From the NCBI GenBank assembly GCA_048503295.1, contig DBFRVO010000024.1, positions 2,511 through 66,510 on the forward strand: a DNA stretch of 64,000 bases, written 5' to 3'. Numbering within the stretch: the first letter of the stretch is position 1; every line of letters begins with the position of its first letter. This stretch comes from Collinsella aerofaciens. Its GTDB lineage: Bacteria; Actinomycetota; Coriobacteriia; Coriobacteriales; Coriobacteriaceae. The translations under genes and the position numbers were made by a program. Below are positions 1 to 9,049 of the stretch, one piece after another. A model generated the notes under the pieces. It was not told the DNA's origin and searched no databases. It saw nothing but the letters and a program-made list of their open reading frames with translations.

Positions 1-1134
1 ATTTTAGAGCATGCCGAGGATGTGCCCGCGGTGCTTCAAAAGCGCTCGATCCAGAAGGTCCTTATCGTGACGGATCCCGGCATTGCCCGTCTGGGGCTCA
101 CGGCGCCACTCGAGCGTGCGCTTACGGCTCAGGGGATTGGCGTTACGGTCTATGCCGAAACGCGTGCGAACCCCACGGTCTCAAACGTGGAGGAAGCTGC
201 GTCCCTGTATCGAGAGAGCGCCTGCCAGGCCATTATCGGCTTTGGCGGTGGCTCGGCCATGGATTGCGCCAAGGGTGTGGGAGCGCGCATTGCGCAGCCA
301 AACAAACCCATCAACAAAATGCGTGGCCTGCTCCGAATTCATCGTCGCCTGCCGCTGCTTATTGCGGTTCCCACTACCGCCGGTACGGGAAGCGAAGTCA
401 CGCTCGCGGCGGTTATCACCGATGACGAGACGCACTACAAGTACCCCATTAACGACTTTGTGCTCATCCCGCGTTTTGCGGTCCACGACCCCGAGTTTAC
501 GCGCGGTCTGCCCGCTTCTATTACGGGGCAGACGGGCATGGATGCCCTGACGCATGCTGTCGAGGCCTTTATCGGCCGTAGCACCACGCCCTACACGCGC
601 AAGATGGCGCGTCAGGCGGTCCAGCTCATCCGCGACAATTTGCTCGATGCCTATGAGCATGGCGACGACATGCGCGCTCGTCGCAATATGCTTTCGGCGG
701 CGTATAAGGCGGGTGTTGCCTTTACGCGCTCCTATGTTGGATACGTTCACGCCATCGCACACAGCTTGGGTGGGCGTTACGGGATTCCGCACGGCTTGGC
801 CAACGCTATCATCCTGCCGCATATGCTTCGCGCCTATGGCGAAGCTGCTGCTCCTAAGCTCGCCGATCTTGCCCGCATGGCCGGTATCGCGCCGGCTAAC
901 GCGCAGGACAGCCTGGCGGCCGAGGCCTTTATCGATTGGGTCGATCGAATGAACGCCGCCTTGGACATTCCCAAATATGTGGCGGGCATTCGCCGCTCCG
1001 ACATTCCGCAGATGGCGGCGCATGCCGATGCCGAGGCCAATCCCCTGTACCCCGTTCCGCTTTTGATGGACCGCCTGGAGCTCGAGCATATGTACGAAGT
1101 TGTTGCAGGTGGTATGTTTGAGGACGAGAACTAG
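1..1134 (+). CDS. Iron-containing alcohol dehydrogenase (5' end probably truncated by window edge)
   Basis: Frame is open from base 1. GGGSAMD, PTTAGTGSE, DALTHAVE and HAIAH..PHG metal-ligand motifs. Confidence 0.92.
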   Translation: MLEHAEDVPAVLQKRSIQKVLIVTDPGIARLGLTAPLERALTAQGIGVTVYAETRANPTVSNVEEAASLYRESACQAIIGFGGGSAMDCAKGVGARIAQPNKPINKMRGLLRIHRRLPLLIAVPTTAGTGSEVTLAAVITDDETHYKYPINDFVLIPRFAVHDPEFTRGLPASITGQTGMDALTHAVEAFIGRSTTPYTRKMARQAVQLIRDNLLDAYEHGDDMRARRNMLSAAYKAGVAFTRSYVGYVHAIAHSLGGRYGIPHGLANAIILPHMLRAYGEAAAPKLADLARMAGIAPANAQDSLAAEAFIDWVDRMNAALDIPKYVAGIRRSDIPQMAAHADAEANPLYPVPLLMDRLELEHMYEVVAGGMFEDEN

Positions 1135-1143
1135 GAGGTTGCC

Positions 1144-2523
1144 ATGAACACCGAGGAAATTGCGCGCATCGTCGGCGATCAGCGCACTTACTTTAAAACG
1201 CACGCCACGTTTGATGTCGATGCTCGGCGTCGCGCGCTCGTGAGTTTACGCGATGCGGTGCGGGCCCACGAGGCCGATATCGCCCATGCGCTCAAGACCG
1301 ATTTGGGGAAGTCGCATGACGAGGCCTATATGTGCGAGATTGGTACGTCGCTTTCCGAGATTCGACATCAGATCGCTCACGTGGCTCGGTGGAGTCGTCC
1401 ACGCCTGCGTCCGTGCGATCTCGCTAACGCCGTGAGCGTGTGCAAAACGCAAGCCGTGCCCTATGGCGTCACGCTCATCATGGCGCCCTGGAACTATCCG
1501 TTTTTGCTGACGCTCGAGCCGCTCGCTGGCGCCCTTGCCGCGGGCAATACCGTGGTCATCAAGCCGAGCGCCTATGCTCCGGCATCGAGCGCGGTGCTCA
1601 GGCAAATCTGTGAAGAGGCATTTGATCCGCGCCTGGTGACGGTTGTCGAGGGCGGGCGCGCCGAGAACGAAGCGCTGCTCGATGAGCACTGGGACAAGAT
1701 CTTCTTTACCGGTAGCGTTCCGGTTGGCAAGCTCGTCATGGAGCGCGCAAGTAAAAACCTTACGCCCGTGACGCTTGAGCTGGGCGGAAAGAGTCCCTGC
1801 ATCGTGGATGCGACGGCAAACTTGAAGGTTGCGGCACGGCGCATCGCCTTTGGTAAATGGCTCAACGTGGGGCAGACCTGCGTGGCGCCCGACTACCTGC
1901 TGGTCGATACGCGCGTGCACGACGAGCTGCTGGGCCTCATCAAGGAGGAGGTCCGTCGCATGTTTGGCGAACATCCACTCGACAATGAGGATTACGGACA
2001 TATCGTCAACGCCAAGCATTTTGCGCGCGTGCGCGGGCTGATCGATCCCGATAAGGTCGTGCTGGGAGGCACGGCGCGCGAGTCGTCGCTCAAGATTGAG
2101 CCGACGATCCTAGACGGCGTGACCCCCGATGACGCCGTGATGCAGGAGGAGATCTTCGGTCCCATCTTGCCGGTGCTGACGTTTGAGAGCCTAGACGAGG
2201 CCGAGACGTTTATTACGGATCGTCCGACGCCGCTGGCCCTGTATATCTTTAGCCAGGACCGTTCGGTTCAGCAACGCTTTGTGCGCTACGTGCCCTTTGG
2301 CGGCGGCTGTGTCAACGACACGATCATGCACTTGGCTACGAGCCATATGGGCTTTGGCGGCATGGGCGCGAGCGGTATGGGGCAGTACCATGGACGCGAG
2401 AGCTTCGATACGTTTAGCCACAAGAAGAGCATCGTGAACAAGGCAACTTGGCTGGACGTGCCGTTTCGGTATGCGCCCTACGCAAGCTGGAAGCACAAGT
2501 TCGTGCGCATGTTTGTGCATTAG
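1144..2523 (+). CDS. Aldehyde dehydrogenase (ALDH3-like)
   Basis: PWNYP, FTGS, LELGGKSP, GQTCVAPDY catalytic Cys and EEIFGP motifs. SD AGGAGG upstream. Confidence 0.95.
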   Translation: MNTEEIARIVGDQRTYFKTHATFDVDARRRALVSLRDAVRAHEADIAHALKTDLGKSHDEAYMCEIGTSLSEIRHQIAHVARWSRPRLRPCDLANAVSVCKTQAVPYGVTLIMAPWNYPFLLTLEPLAGALAAGNTVVIKPSAYAPASSAVLRQICEEAFDPRLVTVVEGGRAENEALLDEHWDKIFFTGSVPVGKLVMERASKNLTPVTLELGGKSPCIVDATANLKVAARRIAFGKWLNVGQTCVAPDYLLVDTRVHDELLGLIKEEVRRMFGEHPLDNEDYGHIVNAKHFARVRGLIDPDKVVLGGTARESSLKIEPTILDGVTPDDAVMQEEIFGPILPVLTFESLDEAETFITDRPTPLALYIFSQDRSVQQRFVRYVPFGGGCVNDTIMHLATSHMGFGGMGASGMGQYHGRESFDTFSHKKSIVNKATWLDVPFRYAPYASWKHKFVRMFVH

Positions 2524-2531
2524 AAAAGGGC

Positions 2532-2565
2532 GCAGGTAATACGAACAAGTGTTCCTATTACCTGC
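2532..2565. promoter_or_regulatory. 34-bp palindrome with a LexA-type core (CGAAC-AAGT-GTTCC); may also act as terminator for the ALDH gene
   Basis: GCAGGTAATACGAAC-aagt-GTTCCTATTACCTGC, followed by ATTTT. GAAC-N4-GTTC core; candidate -10 TAGACT at 2575-2580. Confidence 0.55.
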
Positions 2566-2628
2566 ATTTTGCGTTAGACTACTGTTATGGAGCACGGATG
2601 GGCCAACTCCCTTTAGAAGGGATTTGGT

Positions 2629-2712
2629 ATGAACGTAAGCGATGTTATTTCGTTATTGGCGTTGTTGATTGCGGCTATCGAACTCGGTCTGTTTATCGGC
2701 CGAATGAAATAG
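2629..2712 (+). CDS. Type I toxin-like 27-aa hydrophobic peptide MNVSDVISLLALLIAAIELGLFIGRMK
   Basis: Not in ORF track; translated by hand. One TM-length hydrophobic stretch plus basic C-terminus. SD (GAAGGGA) lies in hairpin 2603-2627. Confidence 0.8.
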   Translation: MNVSDVISLLALLIAAIELGLFIGRMK

Positions 2713-2800
2713 CCGCCCCCGCGTAAGCGAAGACGGCCACTTCTCACGATGAAAACGTGTATCGGAGTTGGCAAGACCCGCGGCAACGGGTGCCATCCGT
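2703..2800 (-). ncRNA. Putative antisense antitoxin RNA (~97 nt), convergent with the toxin mRNA
   Basis: Minus-strand promoter TTGCGC(2835-2830)-N17-TAAGAT(2812-2807). Minus-strand hairpin GCCGUCUUCGC-UUAC-GCGGGGGCGGC then UAUUUC (2737-2703); it pairs via G-U only on this strand. Ends are approximate. Confidence 0.7.
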
Positions 2801-2948
2801 GTTCCTATCTTATCTGCAAGCGTTCTGTCGCGCAAGCGTTGAGGCAAACGATTGAAGGACGCAGACAGGATGTATTTGTGTCCGCACGGGACCGTAGACT
2901 TCTCAATAAGGTTACACACCGGTTTATCCGGCCGTTAGAGGAGCTGCT

Positions 2949-3275
2949 ATGTACGAGCCTTCACGTGTTCTTCTGTCATTTCACATTGCAGGATTTCAGT
3001 ATGCCGATGGCGCCTTGGTCCTGGGCGATCTTAAAGCGGGCGATAAGCTGACGCTGTGTGCCGAGCGCGATAATCCCCATGACCCCGAGGCAGTTGCGAT
3101 CTACTATGGCAAGACCAAACTTGGCTACGTTCCGGGAAACGAGGTCGGCCCGCTGTCCTTGATGATGTATTACGGCCACGAGGACGTATTTGAGGCCCGC
3201 GTGCAACAGGTTGCCCCCGAGCGCAGCCCGTGGCACCAGGTGCGCGTTGGCCTCTATGTGGTGGATGCCCGCTAG
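2949..3275 (+). CDS. Stand-alone HIRAN domain protein
   Basis: IAGFQY, ERDNPHDPEAVAI and KLGYVP motifs. SD GAGGAG. Confidence 0.88.
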   Translation: MYEPSRVLLSFHIAGFQYADGALVLGDLKAGDKLTLCAERDNPHDPEAVAIYYGKTKLGYVPGNEVGPLSLMMYYGHEDVFEARVQQVAPERSPWHQVRVGLYVVDAR

Positions 3276-3293
3276 TCGGCAATGGAGGCGGCC

Positions 3294-3473
3294 ATGTTTG
3301 ATGACGACGACCAGTTCGATCTGACAGACGATCCGTTTGAGTGGGATCTGCTACTCGACGACGATGAGTTGGAGCAGGATCGTAAGAAACGGCAGGACAA
3401 GAAAACTCAGAGTGACGCTTCGAAAAAGCAAGACAAACGCCGCCGCGGACTGTTCGGCGGGCTCTTTGGATAA
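3294..3473 (+). CDS. Small hypothetical protein (acidic N-terminus, basic/amphipathic C-terminus)
   Basis: GGAGG SD before ATG 3294; sits in operon-like position between HIRAN and phosphoesterase genes. Confidence 0.55.
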   Translation: MFDDDDQFDLTDDPFEWDLLLDDDELEQDRKKRQDKKTQSDASKKQDKRRRGLFGGLFG

Positions 3474-3524
3474 CCGCCGCATCGCTGCGTCTGTATACTT
3501 AGCACGAGTTGAACACGTTGCGAA

Positions 3525-4085
3525 ATGAGGACACAGACGATGATGTGGTTTACCGCCGACTTGCACCTGGGCGATACGAATATCTTGCACGACATGGACC
3601 GGCCGTTTGGCTCGGTCGAGGAGATGAACCGCAAGGTCATCGATGCCATCAATGAGTGCGTGGCTGCGGACGACCGCCTCTATATTCTGGGTGACTTTAC
3701 CTATCGTTTGCCCCTGGCGGAGGCGGTGCGCCTGCGCGAGCGTATCGAATGCCAGAACGTGACGCTCATCCGCGGTAACCATGACGGCGACTGGGAAGAT
3801 TCCGACGTACCGCAGATTTGGGAAGACGTGCGCGATTACCTGGAGATTGCTCCCGGCTATGCCAAGGGCCATCGTCTGGTTATGAGCCACTACCCCATGC
3901 TCAGCTGGAACGGCAAGGCACGTGGCGCCATTATGCTGCATGGGCATATCCACAGCAGGGGTGACCGCGCCAACGCACGCAACCGCGATCGCGAACGCCC
4001 TATCTTTCGCTACGATGTCGGTCTCGATGCCAACGAGTACAAGCCCGTAAGCCGCGATCAGATTCTTAGCTTCTTTGGGTTATAG
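3525..4085 (+). CDS. Calcineurin-like metallophosphoesterase
   Basis: DLH, LGD, GNHD, SHYP and HGHIH motifs. Start may be one of the downstream Mets. Confidence 0.9.
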   Translation: MRTQTMMWFTADLHLGDTNILHDMDRPFGSVEEMNRKVIDAINECVAADDRLYILGDFTYRLPLAEAVRLRERIECQNVTLIRGNHDGDWEDSDVPQIWEDVRDYLEIAPGYAKGHRLVMSHYPMLSWNGKARGAIMLHGHIHSRGDRANARNRDRERPIFRYDVGLDANEYKPVSRDQILSFFGL

Positions 4086-4138
4086 GGCGCCAGAGCCACC
4101 ACAAAGGGGACAGGCACCTTTGTGGTGGTTCTGGCGCC
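4086..4138. repeat. REP-like long hairpin with GGGACAGG tag
   Basis: GGCGCCAGAGCCACCACAAAGG / CCTTTGTGGTGGTTCTGGCGCC, 22-bp arms. Confidence 0.7.
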
Positions 4139-4225
4139 GTTGCCATTATGGCGGCGGCGCCTTTTTTGTCCGCGCGGCGCGGTAGAGTGTAGCCGGTTGA
4201 TATTTGCGTCCATCGAGGAGCTGCT

Positions 4226-5983
4226 ATGAACGAGATCAAGTGCCCGCATTGCGGCGAAGTTTTTAAGGTCGATGCATCCGGCTATGCGGATATCGTCAAG
4301 CAGGTGCGCGATGCCGAGTTCTCGCGCGACCTGGATGAGCGTGTGAAGGCAGTCCAGCGTGAGGGTGAGCAGGCGCTGGAGCTTGAGCGCTCGCGTTCGA
4401 CGGCTGCCTTGCAACAGGCAAAGTCTCAGCGCAATGCCCAGCTTGTCGAGCAGAAGAACACTGCGGATCAGAAACTGGCGCAAGAGGTTGCCAAGCGCGA
4501 TGCTGAGCTTGCCGAGCTGCGCGCTAAGCTCGAGGGCGCTGCCGCAGAGCGCGAGAGTGCAAGCCAGCGCGCGGCGGTTGAGGCACGAGCCAATGCTCAA
4601 AAAGAGAATGCCGAACTCCAGCGTGAGATTGATAGCCTGCGTGCGCAGCTTGGGCGCAAAGATGACGAAGCAAAGCTTGCCGAGTCGGCGGCGCGCAACG
4701 CTGCTCAAAACGATTTAGCTGCACGCGACGCTCAGATTGCCGAGCTGCAGGCCAGGCTTGCCGCGGCGGACAAGGCCCAGGAGATGGCGCTTGCCGCTGC
4801 CGCGGCAGAGTCGCAGCGTGAGCTCGATGCCGCTCGCAGCGAGGCCGAGCGCGCGCTTGCTGACTATCGCGCGAAGGTGCAAGAGAAGTTTTCCGCCGCA
4901 AAGGCTCAGTCCGAGCAAGAGGCCGAGGGCCTGCGTGCCCAGCTGCGCGAGCAGGAACTGATGGCAAAAATGAACCTGTCAGAGGCGGTCGCCGCGGCGG
5001 AGCGAGAGCGCGATGAGGCGCGTGCCAAACTGACGAGCGAGCTGGCGGTGCGCGATTCTCGCGAGGAACAGGTCAAGGCGGCACACGAGCTCGAGCTTGC
5101 GCAGGCCAAGCGCGCGAGCGATGACCTGATTCGCTACAAGGACGAAGAGATTGAGCGCCTTAAGGACATGAAGGTCCGCCTGTCCACCAAGATGGTGGGC
5201 GAGTCGCTCGAGCAGCACTGCGAGACCGAGTTTAACCGTCTGCGCATGACGGCGTTTCCTAACGCGTACTTCGAGAAGGATAACGATGCGTCCGAGGGCA
5301 CCAAGGGCGACTTTATCTTCCGCGAGTGCGACGCAAGCGGTAACGAGGTCATTTCGATTATGTTCGAGATGAAAAACGAGAACGACGAGACCGCGACCAA
5401 GCACAAAAACGAGGACTTCTTTAAGAAACTCGATCACGATCGTCGCCAGAAAGGCTGTGAGTACGCGGTGCTCTGCACACTGCTCGAGCCCGAAAGCGAG
5501 CTCTATAACGCAGGGATAGTCGACGTGAGTTACCGCTATGAGAAGATGTACGTGATCCGCCCGCAGTTCTTCATTCCCATGATCACGCTGCTGCGCAACG
5601 CCGCCATGGGTTCGCTGCGCTATAAGCAGGAGCTGGCGGAGTACAAGCAGCAGAACATCGACGTCACGAACTTCGAGGCCAAGATGGAGAAGTTCAAGAA
5701 CGACTTCGGCCGCAACTATGAGCTTGCGAGCCGTAAGTTCCAGACGGCGATCGAGGAGATTGACAAGACGATTAGCCATCTGCAGAAAACCAAGGAGGCA
5801 TTGCTGTCCTCCGAGAACAATTTACGTCTAGCCAACAAGAAGGCCGACGATCTTACCATTCGCAAGCTCACCTGGGGCAACAAGACCATGAAGGCGGCGT
5901 TTGACGAGGCGCGCGGGGCTGCGACAGGGGCAAACGATGAGCCCGCCGAGGCGGATTCGTATGAGGTCGAGGATGCCGAGTAG
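4226..5983 (+). CDS. DUF2130 family coiled-coil protein
   Basis: N-terminal [10 protein letters not shown], long Ala/Glu coiled coil, C-terminal [26 protein letters not shown] domain. Confidence 0.88.
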   Translation: MNEIKCPHCGEVFKVDASGYADIVKQVRDAEFSRDLDERVKAVQREGEQALELERSRSTAALQQAKSQRNAQLVEQKNTADQKLAQEVAKRDAELAELRAKLEGAAAERESASQRAAVEARANAQKENAELQREIDSLRAQLGRKDDEAKLAESAARNAAQNDLAARDAQIAELQARLAAADKAQEMALAAAAAESQRELDAARSEAERALADYRAKVQEKFSAAKAQSEQEAEGLRAQLREQELMAKMNLSEAVAAAERERDEARAKLTSELAVRDSREEQVKAAHELELAQAKRASDDLIRYKDEEIERLKDMKVRLSTKMVGESLEQHCETEFNRLRMTAFPNAYFEKDNDASEGTKGDFIFRECDASGNEVISIMFEMKNENDETATKHKNEDFFKKLDHDRRQKGCEYAVLCTLLEPESELYNAGIVDVSYRYEKMYVIRPQFFIPMITLLRNAAMGSLRYKQELAEYKQQNIDVTNFEAKMEKFKNDFGRNYELASRKFQTAIEEIDKTISHLQKTKEALLSSENNLRLANKKADDLTIRKLTWGNKTMKAAFDEARGAATGANDEPAEADSYEVEDAE

Positions 5984-6002
5984 GGGATAGCGTATAGTGC
6001 AA

Positions 6003-6040
6003 AAGCGGGGCCGCTGGCGATACTGCCAACGGCCCCGCTT
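6003..6040. terminator. Bidirectional terminator between convergent genes
   Basis: AAGCGGGGCCG...CGGCCCCGCTT inverted repeat. Confidence 0.75.
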
Positions 6041-6057
6041 CGTTCCAGTATGTACGG

Positions 6058-8739
6058 CTAGTCCTCGAGCAGGTCCTCGATAAAGCCGACGCGGTAGTTT
6101 TTGAAGATGACCTCGCCGCCGTCTTGCGTGGCATCCAGGTCGACATCGCCCATGATGCCAAAGTCGTGGTCGCCATCCTCGTCGGCAAAAATCTGGTGCA
6201 CGTGCCACACGTGATCGGTCTTCTCGTCGCTCCCGTCGATGGTAAACATCGCGGCGCTGCGGGCATCTCCGTCGGTGAGGATTTCCTCGTGCTGCTCATG
6301 GTAGGCATCGAGCGCCTTTTGCCAGCGGACCTCGCTCATGCCCCAGTCCTCGTCGAGTTCGCCCAGGTCGCGAACGTGCTCGCGGGCGGCAAGGGTCACG
6401 CGGCGGAAGAGTGCGTTGCGCGCCAGCAGCGTGCAGCCGCGACGGTCCGCAACGACCTCGTCGATGCCCTGCGGCGGCGCGGCGTCGAGGGCCGCCGGGT
6501 TGCCGGCGTTCTCCCACTCGTCCACCAGGCTCGAGTCGACCGAGCGTACCACAAAGCCGAGCCACGAAATGATGTCGCGCAAGCGCTCATCGCGCTTCTC
6601 AATGGGCACGGTGCGATCGAGGGAGCGGTAGGCCTCGGCTAGGTAGCGCAGCAGAATGCCCTCGGAGCGGGCGATGCCGAGCTTTTGGATATAGCCCTTA
6701 AAGTCGCTCGCGCTCTCCAGCATGTCGCGCAGGACGCTCTTGGGCGAGAGCTGGTAGTCGTTGGCCCAAGGTACTTCCTGGCAGTACTTGTCGAAGGCGG
6801 CATCGAGCAAATCCTCGAGCGGCTTTTCGTAGGTGACATCCTGGATGCGCTCCAAGCGTTCCTCATATTCGACGCCGTCGGCTTTCATCTCGGCCATAGC
6901 GCGGTCGCGCGCGGCGCGCTCCTGCGCGCGCAGCACCTGCTTGGGATCCTCGAGCGTAGCCTCGACCATTGAGATCAGATCCATGGTATAGGTCTCACTC
7001 TCGGGGTCGAGCAGCTCCAGCGCGGCAAGCAAAAACGGCGAGAGCGGCTGGTCGAGCGCAAAATCCTCGGGCAGGTCGACCGTTAGCGCATAGTCGATGT
7101 CCGGCGCGGCGTCAGCTGGAGCGTCGGGTGCGGGCGGCACCTCGGTGCGCACGACGACGCCGGAGTCGATGAGCGTGGCGAAGATCTCGTCGGCACGAAC
7201 CTCGAGCTTTGCCTTTTCCTCAGGGGTCTGCAGGCTTGTTTCGATGAGGTCGTGCATGCGGGCGCGGGCGTCGCCGCCCTGCTCGACCACGCTAATCACC
7301 ATGGAGTGTGTGATGCGCAGGCGCGGCTTGAGCGTTTCGGGCTGCGTCTCGATCAGGCGCTCAAAGGTCTGCTTGTTCCAGGTGACAAAGCCCTCGGGGG
7401 CCTTCTTCTTTTTAATCTTGCGGAGCTTCTTGGGGTCGTCGCCCGCCTTGGCCATGAGCTTGGCGTTCTCGATCTCGTGCTCGGGTGCCTCGGCAATCAC
7501 CATGCCCTCGGTATCAAAGCCCGAGCGGCCGGCGCGACCGGCAATCTGGTGGAACTCGCGGGCGCGCAGACGACGCATCTTGTAGCCATCGAACTTGGTG
7601 AGCGCGGTGAGCACCACGGTGTGGATGGGTACGTTGATGCCGACGCCGAGCGTATCGGTGCCGCAGATGACGGGCAGCAGGCCCTGCTGCGCCAAACGCT
7701 CGACCAGCAGACGATAACGCGGCAGCATACCGGCGTGGTGCACGCCGACGCCGCAGCCAAGCAAACGCTTGAGGATCTTGCCGAAGGCCGTCGAGAAGCT
7801 CGTGCCCTTGGCCGCCTCCTTGATGGCCTCGCGCTGCTCCTTGCTGGCAATGCCAAAGTTGGCGAGCGACTGTGCCGTCGCAAGGGCGGCATCCTGGCTA
7901 AAGTGCACGATATAGAGCGGGGCCTCTCCGCCGCGCATCGCGAGCTCGACGGTGCCCTCGAGGGAGGTCGTCACGTAGTCGTAGCTCAGCGGCACGGGGC
8001 GTGGGGCATCGACGACCAAGTCGCAGGTAGCGCCGGTGTGTTCCTCGAGTGAGGCGGCGATGGCAGTGACATCGCCGAGCGTGGCGCTCATGAGCATGAA
8101 TTGCGTGTGAGGCAGGGTGAGCAGTGGCACCTGCCAGGCCCAGCCGCGGTCGGGGTCGGCAAAATAGTGGAACTCGTCCATGGCGACGCAGCCCACGTCG
8201 GCGCCCTCGCCCTCGCGCAGTGCATCGTTGGCAAGGATTTCTGCCGTGCAGCAGATGACGGGCGCCTTGGTGTTGATATGCGTGTCGCCGGTGATCATGC
8301 CGACGTTATCGCGGCCGAGCACCTGCACAAGGTCGAAAAACTTTTCGCTGACCAGAGCCTTGATGGGGGCCGTGTAATAACAGCGCTTGCCCTGTGCCAT
8401 GCCCATAAAGAGCATGCCTAGCGCGACAAGCGACTTGCCCGATCCGGTCGGTGTTCCCAAAATGACATGGTCACCGGCGGCTAGATCCATGAGGGCCTCT
8501 TCCTGGTGGTCCCACAGCTCAATACCGCGGTCGCTTGTCCATTCAAAGAAGCGTTCGAAGGCCTGATCGGGCGTGAGCCATGGTTCGGGCTCGCTACCAT
8601 CCTCGGGCTCCCACCAGGTGGGGGAGAGCGCGCCGAGCGAGCCGAATTCGGCTTCGGTTCCCGTGCCGCCCGAGAACGAGCTGGCGGCGCCGGCGCCAGA
8701 AACGGTGCTGGCGGAAGTATCTGTCGTGGTCTGTGCCAT
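6058..8739 (-). CDS. DEAD/DEAH-box helicase, Ski2/HelY-like, with DUF3516-type C-terminus
   Basis: PTGSGKS, DEFH, SAT and QIAGRAGR motifs. Start reassigned to MAQTT. Confidence 0.9.
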   Translation of the reverse strand: MAQTTTDTSASTVSGAGAASSFSGGTGTEAEFGSLGALSPTWWEPEDGSEPEPWLTPDQAFERFFEWTSDRGIELWDHQEEALMDLAAGDHVILGTPTGSGKSLVALGMLFMGMAQGKRCYYTAPIKALVSEKFFDLVQVLGRDNVGMITGDTHINTKAPVICCTAEILANDALREGEGADVGCVAMDEFHYFADPDRGWAWQVPLLTLPHTQFMLMSATLGDVTAIAASLEEHTGATCDLVVDAPRPVPLSYDYVTTSLEGTVELAMRGGEAPLYIVHFSQDAALATAQSLANFGIASKEQREAIKEAAKGTSFSTAFGKILKRLLGCGVGVHHAGMLPRYRLLVERLAQQGLLPVICGTDTLGVGINVPIHTVVLTALTKFDGYKMRRLRAREFHQIAGRAGRSGFDTEGMVIAEAPEHEIENAKLMAKAGDDPKKLRKIKKKKAPEGFVTWNKQTFERLIETQPETLKPRLRITHSMVISVVEQGGDARARMHDLIETSLQTPEEKAKLEVRADEIFATLIDSGVVVRTEVPPAPDAPADAAPDIDYALTVDLPEDFALDQPLSPFLLAALELLDPESETYTMDLISMVEATLEDPKQVLRAQERAARDRAMAEMKADGVEYEERLERIQDVTYEKPLEDLLDAAFDKYCQEVPWANDYQLSPKSVLRDMLESASDFKGYIQKLGIARSEGILLRYLAEAYRSLDRTVPIEKRDERLRDIISWLGFVVRSVDSSLVDEWENAGNPAALDAAPPQGIDEVVADRRGCTLLARNALFRRVTLAAREHVRDLGELDEDWGMSEVRWQKALDAYHEQHEEILTDGDARSAAMFTIDGSDEKTDHVWHVHQIFADEDGDHDFGIMGDVDLDATQDGGEVIFKNYRVGFIEDLLED

Positions 8740-8861
8740 GTGGTTGCTTTCTCTCGCCGTTTGTCCGCCAACTATTATGGCGTAGCAGCGGCGCGGGGTG
8801 CCAGCGCGCGAGAAAATGCAGGAAATGGGCGTTCTGCCCAGCCGTTTGGTGCAGTTGCCAG

Positions 8862-8984
8862 CTAAGTGAGTAGACTTTTTGCAATATCGCGAGCACATGG
8901 CTTTTGCGCAAGAGCTCTACCTGCGGTTTTAGTTTTCGTTATGCGGGTTGTGCTTGGCTATTGCAAAAAAGTCTACTCACTTAG
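8862..8984. repeat. 123-bp element with ~36-bp imperfect terminal inverted repeats (MITE/REP-like)
   Basis: CTAAGTGAGTAGACTTTTTGCAATA ... TATTGCAAAAAAGTCTACTCACTTAG. Confidence 0.75.
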
Positions 8985-9049
8985 GTTTGAGGGTCGTTCG
9001 CTGACGCCTATTTTCACTTGTTTGCCGACGCCGCGACCATCAGAAGCCC

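Noticed and set aside
2448..3051. ORF-track ORFs 2448-2726, 2653-2919 and 2749-3051
   Set aside because: Unsupported; the region is better explained by the 27-aa peptide and antisense RNA.
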